Positions 42,537 through 42,902 of a stretch of DNA of 42,902 nt are shown here, in pieces. Positions within the stretch are counted from its first letter, which is position 1. Every line of letters starts with the position of its first letter. This DNA comes from a virus (lineage: Duplodnaviria; Caudoviricetes), in the IMG/VR virus record IMGVR_UViG_3300044711_000031, positions 1 through 42,902 of that record, one strand, 5' to 3'. A program made the position numbers and the translations under genes. Under the pieces are notes generated by a model. That model did not search any database and was not told the origin of the DNA. It saw only the letters and a program-made list of their open reading frames with translations.

Positions 42537-42902
42537 ATGAAAATAGAAATTAAAAGCTGGTGGAACGGATCAGTACTATTTGAGGGTGATTTTTCCTGCA
42601 TCGCGGAGGCAGTATCGGCGGCTGTGCGATCGCGTGCCAACCTGACGGGTGCCAACCTGACGCGTGCCACCCTGACGCGTGCCACCCTGACGCATGCCAA
42701 CCTGACGCGTGCCACCCTGACGCATGCCGACCTGACGCATGCCACCCTGACGGATGCCGACCTGACGGATGCCGACCTGACGCGTGCCACCCTGACGGGT
42801 GCCAACCTGACGGGTGCCGACCTGACGCATGCCAACCTGACGGATGCCGACCTGACGCATGCCAACCTGACGCATGCCAACCTGACGCATGCCAACCTGA
42901 CG
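42537..42902 (+). CDS. 5' part of pentapeptide-repeat protein (continues to 571 across the join)
   Basis: AAGGAG RBS; MKIEIKSWWNGSVLFEG...AVRSR, then ANLTG/ATLTR/ADLTH repeats. Confidence 0.88.
   Translation, partial: MKIEIKSWWNGSVLFEGDFSCIAEAVSAAVRSRANLTGANLTRATLTRATLTHANLTRATLTHADLTHATLTDADLTDADLTRATLTGANLTGADLTHANLTDADLTHANLTHANLTHANLT
42776..42902. repeat. Terminal direct repeat (copy of 1-127)
   Basis: Exact match to window start. Confidence 0.9.

Noticed and set aside
42515-42895. Minus-strand VRLAC and RQVGM repeat ORFs
   Set aside because: Antisense shadows of the pentapeptide-repeat gene
1-42902. Alternative genetic code or integrated prophage
   Set aside because: Genes are intact and densely coupled under the standard bacterial code; no host genes, att-integrase module or flanks are present

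Overview
The window looks like a complete circular genome of a tailed dsDNA phage. Bases 1-127 are identical to 42776-42902, implying a unit length of about 42,775 bp, although the join lies inside a tandem repeat. The minus strand from about 14.3 to 37.4 kb is a podovirus-type virion operon: terminase, portal, scaffold, N4-gp56-like major capsid protein, adaptor, tail nozzle, fibres and ejection proteins. The rest holds early, replication and lysis genes: a RecT-like annealing protein, RusA, two HNH nucleases, a lambda-O-like initiator, a DNA methyltransferase and a GH24 endolysin. I found no integrase, DNA polymerase, ParA/ParB, reverse transcriptase or CRISPR array. The most unusual elements are: (1) a ~555-nt non-coding segment at 3079-3634 full of nested and crossing helices, a candidate large ornate RNA; (2) a tRNA-like RNA with an 8-10 bp acceptor stem and a probable pseudoknot in place of the anticodon arm; (3) a small gene fusing a twin-arginine signal peptide to a copy of the capsid N-terminus; (4) a glycosyltransferase-methyltransferase-glycosyltransferase cassette between scaffold and capsid; (5) a ribbon-helix-helix/O-type initiator preceded by five 8-bp boxes; (6) a chromosomal-type parS palindrome without parB; (7) many leaderless promoters. 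All calls come from reading the sequence and recognising motifs by eye; no searches or folding programs were run.
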